Assembly: GCA_000934665.2 (NCBI GenBank)
Contig: JYFJ02003275.1
Span: 1-44,143 of the forward strand
From: Catajapyx aquilonaris
Lineage: Eukaryota
Length of the DNA: 44,143 bases
Direction: 5' to 3'
Numbering within the stretch: the first letter of the stretch is position 1; every line of letters begins with the position of its first letter. The notes below the pieces were generated by a model, which saw nothing but the letters and a program-made list of their open reading frames with translations, was not told where the DNA came from and ran no database searches. Shown here one piece after another: positions 12,601 to 23,198 of this stretch. A program made the position numbers and the translations under genes.

Positions 12601-13785
12601 GGAGCCAACATTTCCTCTTTCAAAAAAACTTATTGATGGGAAAAAAAACCCTACCAAGATGCCATCTAAGAACGTTTGCTTCTCCGAAACACATTTGTAA
12701 GCCGTGTTATACTTGTTAGCGGGCACTTTTGAGAATTGCATTACGCTTTGTACACTCATTTGGATGCTAAGGAAGCCATTACGGCCGACGATTCACTTTT
12801 CGCCATTCGCCAATGCACGGAAAAGTCCCTGATTTCCAGATAAAGAATTCCGCGAATTCAGTCGCCCTTTTTTGTTACCCGGAGGCTCCTTCCAAGAAAC
12901 CGGACAATCTCCTTCGTCACGGAAATCCAAGAAAGGAAACAATTAGCGCTAAAGAAACGATAGAGTGCATGCTGCCAGCCCCATTCCGTAACGAGAGCCT
13001 GTCCCGGAAGAGTCAGCTGATGACGTCTTAATTTCTATATAGGTGCATCGGGCTCGAAGAAAAAGGCGTGGGTTTCTGTCAGCTAATTAAAGAAGAAACA
13101 TTCCAGGGCCATTTTCCACCCACTTCCTCTTTACTCCCCCCCCCCACAGGTTACATTTTCCAGAGTCACTTCAAGTTCGCTTCAGACTTCCATGTTTTAT
13201 AGACAACCCCACCTTATGAGTGTGACCCAAGTTTGGCCGGACTTCAGACCAAAAAATGTACATGTGAGTGTGACCCTATGTCAAGTGTTAAGCCCTCACC
13301 TAACTTGGACAATAAGTGAGTGCTACCTGTCCCCCATCCGAGTTTCAGAGCAGAATGTCGACCGTAATATGCATATAGAGGAATTATGTGCCCCGGGGCA
13401 TTTTTGTCAAAGGTCGTCAGTTTTCTTGTTGATTCAACCTCGATGTCTTTTACTGAGAAAGATTGTGTGGCTGCGGGGCAAAACAGAAGCGAGCGATTTG
13501 CTGCTGCTTTTGCCACGCAAACACGCAGATACTCACAGCAGTATTCCTGTTTATGGTAATGAAATTGTGTACAGTGAACTAAAAAACAATAAACTGATTT
13601 TATTTCACACGGAATCTACCCTATTGCTTTCGGGTCACACCTGTTTTTCGGCACTTACATTATATCTTGGACGAGGTTGTATTTCAAATCGAGCAGGGTT
13701 GTGCACTGTGTCATTGTACAGTATGAAAAGGATAATAAATTTCTCGATATTGAAAGACGCATTTATGTGAAATTTTGGCCCACAG

Positions 13786-13799
13786 GTGTTAAATCTCAG
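13786..13799 (+). other. Candidate 14-nt micro-exon
   Basis: aattttggcccaCAG|GTGTTAAATCTCAG|GTAAGT: an acceptor-like CAG followed by a perfect donor consensus. The pyrimidine tract is weak and there is no transcript evidence. Confidence 0.15.
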
Positions 13800-16700
13800 G
13801 TAAGTAAATGTGTTTTTATTACGATCTGCTTCTCGGAGTCCAATTTCATAGAGTTGTTTGTTGCTCATGAAGTGGAAATATATCTTCGTTTCCAGAAATG
13901 CATTGTGTGTTTGGAAAATTCGCTACTGATTCCAACCTCAGGCAAATGGCAATGTACAAAAATATGCAAGAAATTATTGCTCTCATAAATTACCCTCTTT
14001 TTAAGTAAATTGTTCCGCATAAAATTTCCTAGTTATCATTTTGTTACCTATTAAGCAACATTGTTTTCTAATTACTGTCAAAAATAAACCAAACCACATA
14101 GAATGTTTATATTTCCTTCACAATAAATCACATCCGACTGTGAATACAATAGTGGTAACTGCAGTTTATTAATCCCCAGTCGCCTATACATTTGTTTCTC
14201 AACACTATCCCATTACAAACCCTCAAGAGTCCTCGAAACAAAACCTTGAAGAGATACAAACTCCCCCATCCCCAGTCCCCTGATACCCCACAATTACCCC
14301 AAAAAATTGCATAAAATCCACCTGTGTTTTGGGGAATTTCATCAGCACAAACTTGAGCAACGTAAATGAAAGAAGCCAGGGGAAAAGTCCGGGGCTATTA
14401 AGAAAGCATCAATTGAAGCAGATGAGCAAGTTCTAAAAGGGCAGGTGCTTCCAATCCCTCCTCCTCAGCCCTTCCCCATGCCAAAACCCCTTTTCTCCCT
14501 CCCCCCTCCTGCCCCCTTCTTTCTTGGGAATTACAAGCCATTTAGCCCCAGAAAGATGGAAGACGGAATGCAGTAGCCCCCTACACCATGCTTCACGCCT
14601 GACATTTATCTGCAGGAGGTAACACTCTCTCAAAGGAAGATAATTGTGAAAGCTAGCTTTTCCCTTCTGCCCACTTTCTTTTCCTTTTCTTCACTTTTTG
14701 TTATTTTTCCCCCCCTCTTCCCAACCCCCCATGTTGTGAGGAGTGGGAGCTGCTAGGTTCTCATAGGAAGGGTATTGATTTTTTTTTCTTTCCTAGGACT
14801 AGCGGGTGTTTTTATGGAAGTTTCCAATGCCGTTCTAGTGCACGCACTACCTCTGACCCTCTCAAAGGACTATTACTATGAACTACTGGGTTGTTGTCCT
14901 TCTTGACCAATCATTCTTTAGTCCTTCCGCTAACCTGTCGGGACCATAATATATATATCGTTTTATACAAGGCAGGCAAAGCGTCACTTTAGTACGACAA
15001 GTCCACTCCCATTATTTAATAAATCACGCTAACAATTTACAAAAAGAAAATCACACAACATGAAAGCAACACTATGACAAGTTAGTGATTGATGCTGTTT
15101 TAAAGAGATTTTAGTTAGGCTTCTTGGCTGAAATCAAAAGACACCCTAATAAATCTAGGGGCTCATTATGGAGGGTTTGCTTGTCTAATATCTTATGTGG
15201 AGAGGCCTAGCCCAGCTCGCATTTCCAATAGCTGAGCAGCTGATCGTAATGTATTACACTAGGTCCATACTTAGCATGGATGATTCAGTGGGTGCCACCT
15301 GTAGGCCAAGATGCTCTGCAATAAAAGCAGAGACCAAAACCAGGTCAGAAAGGCAATGGCCGAAGAAATCAGCGAGGTGAATATAAGTACTGTGCAGTAC
15401 AGTTTCCTCCATTTCAACCCAATAATTATACTGTATGTTTCATACTGGAGCTTCAAAATTACATTTGGATCAACAAATTAGACCCAGTCTTGTAAGGCTA
15501 TCACCAGTTTGGATGAAATGCATTTCTAGAAGCTCCCTTTATAATACTAAATCGGGTAATGGCCCCTGTAACCAAAACCTCACTTAAGCCTAACCTAACT
15601 CCCAGCCCCGAGTCACGCTCCCGTACTCAGTGCACCACCCTCATAATTTTAAAACATCCTTACAGTATACATAAACCTGCCTGGTAGACCCCAAACTAAT
15701 CCTACCTGTTTACTTGTTTTCATAAAATCTGGCCGCTCGAAAATGCACACCTCTAGCTCTGGCCATCGGTTATCTCCTCCCCCCCCCCCCCCCCCCCNCA
15801 ACAAAAAGTCAACAACGCACAGAATATCCAGGGGTTCATTCTGAGCCGGCACAAATGCAACAGGGCTGTGAGTTATGATGATATAAGACCATACGCGTAT
15901 TAATGATGCCCCTGGGATGGCCTAATTCATTGGAGCGAGGCATTCAGGCTTAGTGTCCAGTTCCACCTAGCAGTAATAGCCGGGACATAATACCCACGGT
16001 AAAGCGATCATAACGCTTCGATCCAGATTAAAACATCCGTTATGCTTATTTTCTAAAATCTCCCCCCTCGGCTTCTAATGGCACGCTGTCACAATGTCGT
16101 CGACTCTCTCCCCCCCCCCTTATATAGCATTATATTCAGAATAAAAATGGCGGCAGGTATCGGATTATTGACTCATGGTGACATCATCCAGAGCACAAAT
16201 GAGTTCTGGCGCTTAATTAAATTACCAGGGATTTTTTAATATTTTGATTTCATGTTGCTTTGGGGGCCCCTTGGGTTCATTTCCGGGAAAAACAGTTTCC
16301 CTACAGCGGGATCCCAGAATCCAAATTAATTCGTTTTCCTCATTCCAACGTTGGCTTGTACGTCATGGCCCCTTGGATTACGAATGCGGTGCATTGCTAT
16401 ATAGACTTGAGGAAAATTGTAGGGGTGGGTGAGGTATTACAAACGAACAGGGGTATTATTTTGAAAATATGAGAATTTATTAAGCTGGTGATGCTTTAAA
16501 TCAAGCTTTTTCCGATTAATAAAATGCTAATGGGGGAAAACCCAAAGCGCATTTAAAAATTAGACACCGAAATGATCGTATGGCGGACTAAATAAACGTG
16601 CTCATTTGAAATCGTAGCTAATATCAACAGAGGGAAAAAATGGAATAGTTTACATTTAATTTAGCGAGTATAGTATGGTTCCATTTTTATCCTGAAATGC

Positions 16701-19612
16701 ATTGTTTATTACTAATTTTACATTTGTAACTGTAAAGTCACATTTTATGCAAGAAGTGAATATTCCGTCAGTGAGAATTACAGGAGAGAAAAAACCATTT
16801 CTGATATAATTCTAAGCAAATATTCGCCTTGCATTCATACATATGCCAGTGAAGACAGAAAATCCTGGTTTCCTGGCTCATTATGAATCTTTCGGCCATA
16901 AAGCATGAAAAAATGCTACTTTGTGGTGAATAACTCAAAACTACTAAAATTGGACTCACTGTCAGTGGATATTTTCCTGTTTGCCGACGAAATATTATGT
17001 TGAAAGGTGGTAATAAATCATGGATTATGGTGTGACTTTCTTGCACGATCTTAAGCCCACGTGGATTTCAGCTATGTGAACTCGATACAGATGCCATCTA
17101 CTCGCAGGATTTTCAACCATTTTTATATCCTCATTTGCAACATACTGTACAGTATGCCAGTGTGTTTAGCATGCACAGTGCACACATCATCTCCCCAGCT
17201 CGAGTCAAAGGTGAGAAATTAATGGTTGCTACGGATGAATTGGAGCATTGAATTGGTACTCCCGCACGTAATATAATTACCCTAAATTAGCAATATGTCG
17301 ACATGTTTCACCGTCGGCCGTACACATCAGTCAAAATGTTATCATTGGGATCTAACGGGAAAATTACAACCTATTTGGCCTGTAAGGAGCACAGTTGCAA
17401 GGGGGGGGGGGAGGTTTTCGACGAAGCTCAGTTTAATTGTAGGGGTGGGGTCTAATTCGATAAAATCCACTCTTTCTGGAAACATGTTTACACGTGACAA
17501 CCCGCCCTCCCACCCCACACATTTCATAGGGGGGTGTTGTCCATTCGTCTATTGCTATGGCGTATAGCCAGGTTATTTAGCTTCCTATATAATTCCTTAT
17601 GACGCACAATTCTTGGAAGACTATCGTGCGTGCCAAAAGCCATTAGGGCCATTTAACCCCAACACGCCAGTGTGCCGTAAACAACTAGGATAAAAGGTGT
17701 CGATTTCTGGTCCACAAAAGAGAACACTGCAGACTTTGACCGCTCTTTCAGAGCAATAAAAGCGCGAGGCTTTCAACACACACAGCGAATGGTACTGGCA
17801 CAGTGTGCAAAAAATTACTATGGTACTTACCTTCATCAAGAGGAAATGAAGTTGATATGATCAGATTTTTGTACCCGAATATATCATTTGGAAGCCGTAT
17901 ATGCATGCGAAACTTGATTCATGTGCATTCCTGCCGCCGACACTTTTTTTTTTTTTTTACAAAAATGCTAGTTCTGATGTGTGCACAGGGCACAAACATC
18001 CGCATTCGCGTTAAGAGAATTACAAACAGTGAGCTTTCTGGCCGATTTCATACGTTCGCTTCATCTGCATGCGCATCAAAGAGCCAGTGAGTCAACATGT
18101 GTTTACAGTACAGCGTCTCACTTTGATGAAGGGGCAAAAAAAATAGTCGTCATGAAAATTTAGAGTTAATGATTCCTCTTTCCTGGATCATTAGTGATCA
18201 TACAGGTTGCAATGCCATAGATTTTTGTCAGGTTGACCGAATACATCCTCTTTGTGCCGGTCTATATCGCAGTTCTTCAGCATACAGTGCACACGGACTA
18301 AAATATACTGCAAAAACTTGGGAGTCAGTAACCCCAGTAGGGGTATTGACTTAGCCTGCCTGACAGCGAAAAAAATACAAATTCAATGGTCTAAAAATCC
18401 CCGATCTCTTGCGGTTGCTGGATATCAGCGTTGCCTGCGTTGTCATCCACCAGAGGCGCTATATGGTACGGCATCGACGGGTCCATCTTGGTCAAAGGCA
18501 AATTGCCAACGTCAGGTTCAGGTAATGACCGTCCGTTAGCCACGTACCATACATAAAGAGTCGTATCTGCACAGCCAGTGACTGAAGGGTGATTGATGGC
18601 CATTCCCACCCAGCAAAAGAGGGGATGTAGCAGACTATTCGACACACTTCCCACGGGTTTCGTTAGTCCTTTTTTTAACGGTTTTGTGTATCTTCCCTAG
18701 GTTGACTGGCGCTGGGAATGTTTTTTCACAGGTGGTAGGAAGAAATGGAGAGAATCTGGTGATTCCATGCACCTCGTGGAAAAAACCGGTGGGGGTAGAG
18801 GGGAGAGAAGGAAAGGGAGGGGCGCCTCATCCATTTCTGCTCCATTTTTCCGACTGGAAGGGAGAGATGAATGGACGGGGAAATCCACACGCTCCGGGCT
18901 AAAAGCCAGCTCCAAATCTGCTCTTCCTTCCGTTTGCCAAAAAATCATTTCCAAGCTTCACGGGGGGAAGACCAAGATTCCTTTTCTAAGCCTATGAGAT
19001 TACAGCGATCCGCTGAGAAGTTTTTATTGCCAAATATAACGTAAACAGACGAAAGGTGTCTAGGGAGAAAGCTTCCCCTAGTCTTTATCCTACTAGGCAG
19101 CTTCTGTCATGTTTAATCTCAGGGCCCCGAGATATTATTAACACGTCAATGCCTCAACACACTTTGCACCTAGTTTTAGCTGACTAAATGGTATTGCTTG
19201 AGGTTTAGGTCGGCTTTTATATTTGTTGGGATGTCAAGGAAGTGAAGTGCAAGAGCGCACTATTGTTTCAAAGGTAAATTCATTTTTTAAAAAACATCAC
19301 CAACTACCGCAACAAGTAGATCCGGACGAGCCCCATCAGCAACCTCCTTAACAACACTGTTTCCAAACTATTAGGCGAATGCTCAAGTCGGAGATTAAAA
19401 TAGATCAGTTATATAAATCAGGTGAGAAACTAATTTTTTCTGAAAAATACGTCAATCAATGATAAATAATCAGCTATTTTATTTCAAATGAAGTGAGAAA
19501 ATGTGCAAGCGTTTGAAAGTCTTTAAGTGCCTTACATAATTTTAACAAATTTACAGAAGAAATTAAATTGGACCATTATTTGCACATTATTTGCTGACTT
19601 TTGTCACCTGTA

Positions 19613-20033
19613 CTATTGACCGCAAAAGTAATGTCGCGACTGTTTATGTGCTTTTGTGTTTATGTGTTGGTAATCCTGGGCGCTGCCGGGTTACGGACAT
19701 GTTTATTTGGCGATGTTCCGGAATCCACAACACTCTGCTCACCGGTCACGGCCGCGGTCCCTTGGCCGCACAGTCCCGCAAGTGGCCGCACGGTCTGGGT
19801 CGCTGTTTGAGAGCGCCGCTACTTATTCGTGCAACTTATTTCTACGAGTATAGTTTGGGTAATTCCATGTGAGATCATACAACTATGTTCACCCGACATT
19901 TTTTTTTTTTAGAAAATCGAAATTTGGCACTTAGGATCGTATTTTGTCAAGTCACAGGGACATATTTTTCAAACCAGATAACCGCTATAGGTCACGAGAA
20001 ATGACGAGGTCAAAATGGGAACTTTTCCATTCT
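19613..20033 (+). repeat. Left long terminal inverted repeat (high-identity part)
   Basis: Reverse complement of 22279-22700. Identical by eye from the terminus to the poly-T tract (12 T here versus 10), with a few substitutions and indels further in. The ORF track gives the same peptide on opposite strands (19591-19872 +, 22441-22665 -). Confidence 0.97.
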
Positions 20034-20226
20034 CCCTTTTCCGCAATATTACGAAGTTCCGCGACCCTTGACGTGACGACCCGCACCCAGTCGAACTTAA
20101 CGAAAATGTTTGTGAGTAATCTACTACTCATAACCTTTCAGTGGTATGCATTTCCATTGTTGTGTTCGTAATAGGGTCCGAGATATAAAATAAATAAGTT
20201 GGCCTAGAGCGTCTGGGTCATTCTAT

Positions 20227-20573
20227 GGGGCCGTCCAGACGGGCCGACCTTAGCCGCGGCCAGCCGCGGCCGGTGGAGGCCGCGACGGTTCACACGGCAA
20301 CGGCCATGGCCAGGCCACGGTTCAGAAGTCGGCCAAGTTGGCCGACTTCCTGGAAGTTGGCTCGCTGCTTGGCCACGGCTTGGCCACGGCTTGGCCTCGG
20401 CGACGGATACTGCGCGTCACTTGTTTTTCGTCGCTGCCATGACTACCGGCCACTATTACAAATAAATTAAATATGTGCCCGTCTGAACGGGTACCGTGGC
20501 CAGCCGTGGCTCCGCAAGCCGGTGCCGGGGCCGGTGCCGGCCGCGGCTAAGGTCGGCCCGTCTGGAAGGCCCC
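20227..20573. mobile_element. GC-rich PIF/Harbinger-like MITE (347 bp) inserted in the left arm of the foldback element
   Basis: 35-bp TIRs GGGGCCGTCCAGACGGGCCGACCTTAGCCGCGGCC (20227-20261) and 20539-20573, 1 mismatch. 3-bp TSD TAT at 20224-20226 and 20574-20576. The empty site GGGTCATTCTATGACAAGG is present on the minus strand of the other arm (about 21160-21178). Confidence 0.88.
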
Positions 20574-20633
20574 TATGACAAGGAGGGCAAGTTGGTGGCT
20601 CGGCCATCTCAGAATGTATTGATGTATTGTTGT

Positions 20634-20844
20634 CCTGACATGTCCGTTTTTCCATCATTTGATCATCTTGGTCCTGAATTTAGAGATTTTCTGCTGGTGA
20701 GGCTCTCAGGGGAACTGAACCTTTCTTAAATAGATAGGTCAAGCATGACATGGCGCTTATTTTAACACGTGTAAATTTAAAATTGCCCAGTGTCACATAA
20801 GAGGAAAAAAAATGACCAAATGATGGAAAAACGGACATGTCAGG
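20634..20844. mobile_element. MITE-like inverted-repeat element (about 211 bp) in the central spacer of the foldback element; family unresolved
   Basis: 33-bp inverted repeats CCTGACATGTCCGTTTTTCCATCATTTGATCAT (20634-20666) and 20812-20844, 1 mismatch. No clear TSD. Confidence 0.6.
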
Positions 20845-21209
20845 GATTTATTATTTCCTAGATAGAATAGAGGCTTGTGATGTTTACCTTCTCCAGGGGT
20901 AATGAGTAGATGACCATGTACAGTACTCACCACATTCATTTCATGCGGTTAACAATTTCATTGGACCACCTGAAATGTGTCCTTTTTGCACAACAATGGG
21001 AATTTTTTAGTATCGCCATTTTACGCTCTAGGTTAAAACCGTTGCGTTGCCTCCAAAATGTCCATCTCACGCCCGTTCATATAAGATATAACTTACGTAC
21101 TATAATATATGGGGGTTACAACAATACATTCTGAGATGGCCGAGCCACCAACTTGGACGCCTTGTCATAGAATGACCCAGGCGCACCCGGCCACCTTATT
21201 TATACTGTA

Positions 21210-22064
21210 CTAGCAGGTTACCCGGCGTTGCCCGGGTATGTTGGGGTGCTGGTAAGGGGTACATATACACTATTTTAGGAAGTGTGTTTGTTTGTAAAAA
21301 TTTCCCTTCCGTACACTCGAAACTCGATATGTCTTAAAATAGGCCTTATAAGTTGCAATAAGCCAAAGTTTGTCACTCTCTGTGATAGATTACCTGCTTG
21401 TCTTATAGTGTAGTCGACACAGATATTCTGATTGGATGTGTAAAAAGAGGATTGCGGATGGAGTTGGCCCAAGAAAAGACTGCACAGCCGTGTGTTTTTT
21501 CCCCCTGCATTTTTGACCCCTTGACCCCCCAACCCCACTTCACACCTCCATCTCGTTCCATATGTTTGCTTTGAAGAACTCTAGAAATGTACGCACAGGC
21601 ATGGTGGAAGAAATATTTTCAACACGGAGTAATATTAGTAAATACTGTATTATTTTATTGTATTTGTTTTTGTCTGGAAGTCTACTTTCTAATCCCACAA
21701 AATCTCGGAATGACCATACGATACGAACTCACGTGAGGTGCCAATTATTAGCGCAATTGGTGCATGCGTTGAATTTACCGTCGATGGTTTAATTTGCTAG
21801 GTATTGAACTTGCATAAGGGCATTTCCATGGGAATTTGAATTGATATATTGTTGTAAGTTAATTGTTAAGGTCCGAGAAGAGAGAAGATTCGGGAATATG
21901 CGTGTTGTGGGAGTTAGGTACATTTTCGGAAGCTGAAACATGCGGCATTAAATTCCTTGAAAAATGTAACCCCCGATTTGCTAATTTAAGGCGGTGTAGG
22001 CGCCTCCCCCAGGATTTCTATAAGGGACAAACATCTGACAAACTTCCTTATTTATAGATATAGA
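21210..22064 (-). mobile_element. Complete non-autonomous Helitron (855 bp) inserted in the right arm of the foldback element
   Basis: On the minus strand it starts A|TCTATATCTATAAATAAG (5'-TC at 22064-22063) and ends with hairpin TACCCGG-GCAACG-CCGGGTA (21219-21238) then ACCTG-CTAG|T (CTAG 21210-21213). It sits in an A|T dinucleotide with no TSD. Removing it restores collinearity with the left arm (about 20170-20226). Confidence 0.9.
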
Positions 22065-22278
22065 TTTTACATCTCGGACCCTAATACGAGGGCAAATATG
22101 AAACTTGCACCACTGAAGGGATGTGACCTGCCAAAATGACAAGTAATTTTAATCGTAGAATTTGTTGGAGGTTATCTGCGAGTTCGGCGTTACCTTGTAG
22201 AATATTAAGCCCCATTTTGCATGTATGTAGGACGCATAATAATTATTAGAGAAATTATAACCGCTTATTGTAAACATC

Positions 22279-22700
22279 AGAATGGAAAAGTTCCCATTTT
22301 TTACCTCGCTCATTTCTCGTGACCTATAGCGGTTATCTGGTTTGAAAAATATGTTCCTGTGACCTTGACAAAATACGATCCTAAGTGCCAAATTTCGATT
22401 TTCTAAAAAAAAAATGTCGGGTGAACATAGTTGTATGATCTCACATGGAATTACCCAAACTATACTCGTAGAAATAAGTTGCACGAATAAGTAGCGGCGC
22501 TCTCAAACAGCGACCCAGACCGTGCGGCCACTTGCGGGACTGTGCGGCCAAGGGACCGCGGCCGTGACCGGTGAGCAGAGTGTTGTGGATTCCGGAACAT
22601 CGCCAAATAAACATGTCCGTAACCCGGCAGCGCCCAGGATTACCAACACATAAACACAAAAGCACATAAACAGTCGCGACATTACTTTTGCGGTCAATAG
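22279..22700 (-). repeat. Right long terminal inverted repeat (high-identity part)
   Basis: Reverse complement of 19613-20033. Confidence 0.97.
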
Positions 22701-22738
22701 TACAGATTCTGAGTATTATAAGAGATTATCGATATATC

Positions 22739-22980
22739 ATTGAAGACCTCGGGGAAGAACGATCAAGGTCCACTTTTTGTCAAAAATGAGTTACATATCT
22801 CAGAAGATAGTTTCACTAGCGTAGAATATGATGGTTTGGTCGTGGTTGTGTAATAATGATCATAGGTATAAAATGGGATTTACAATAGAACCTTATGGGC
22901 CTTCGAAATTTAAAATGGCAATACTGATCTCAGTTTCACATGAGGTGGACCTTGATCGTTCTTCCACCGTGGTCTTCAAT
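22739..22980. mobile_element. MITE (about 240 bp), family unresolved
   Basis: Inverted repeats ATTGAAGACCTCGG-GGAAGAACGATCAAGGTCCAC (22739-22773) and GTGGACCTTGATCGTTCTTCCACCGTGGTCTTCAAT (22945-22980), 1 mismatch and 1 indel. If the true ends are GAAG...CTTC, the flanks CATT/AATT would be an imperfect 4-bp TSD. Confidence 0.7.
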
Positions 22981-23142
22981 TACAGTATAACACTGGAAAT
23001 GGAGTGATAATGCAGGCCAGTCAAGTGTCTAAATTCTCAGTTCAAGAGACGGATAGGTGAAGTTATGGATTGTTCAATCCAGCAAGCAGCTTCAAGAGAA
23101 ACAACAACTATGACAATGGGATTGACGATTGACGCTACTCAC

Positions 23143-23198
23143 CGGTTGCTCCTCTTTGAAGTACTTGCTGGAGTAGACTCCTTAACTTCGCTCCTGTC
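23143..23198 (-). other. Candidate 56-nt internal exon (DRSEVKESTPASTSKRSN in one frame)
   Basis: Minus strand reads ...cagtttAG|GACAGG...CAACCG|GTGAGT: strong donor, modest acceptor, one open frame with a plausible low-complexity peptide. No partner exons identified. Confidence 0.2.

Larger units (their letters stand above)
19613..22700. mobile_element. 3.1-kb non-autonomous foldback (long-TIR) DNA transposon with TA TSD, carrying three nested insertions
   Basis: Termini CTATTGACCGCAAAAGT...ACTTTTGCGGTCAATAG are flanked by TA at 19611-19612 and 22701-22702, in a palindromic target context ctgTAcag. Outer arms of about 420 bp are nearly identical. Degenerate arm homology continues inward to about 20626/21117. 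No transposase ORF is present. A TA TSD suggests Tc1/mariner/pogo (inference). Confidence 0.88.

Noticed and set aside
13192..13770. Longest ORF (192 aa) as a protein-coding gene
   Set aside because: Leu/Ser/Cys-rich random-looking composition, no motif and no evident codon bias.
18447..18460. CCACCAGAGGCGCT as a CTCF site
   Set aside because: It is one G short of the core CCASYAGRKGGCRS, which breaks the register.
19591..22697. Identical peptides on opposite strands (19591-19872 + and 22441-22665 -) as duplicated genes
   Set aside because: They are simply the two arms of the inverted repeat and have no transposase or other domain.
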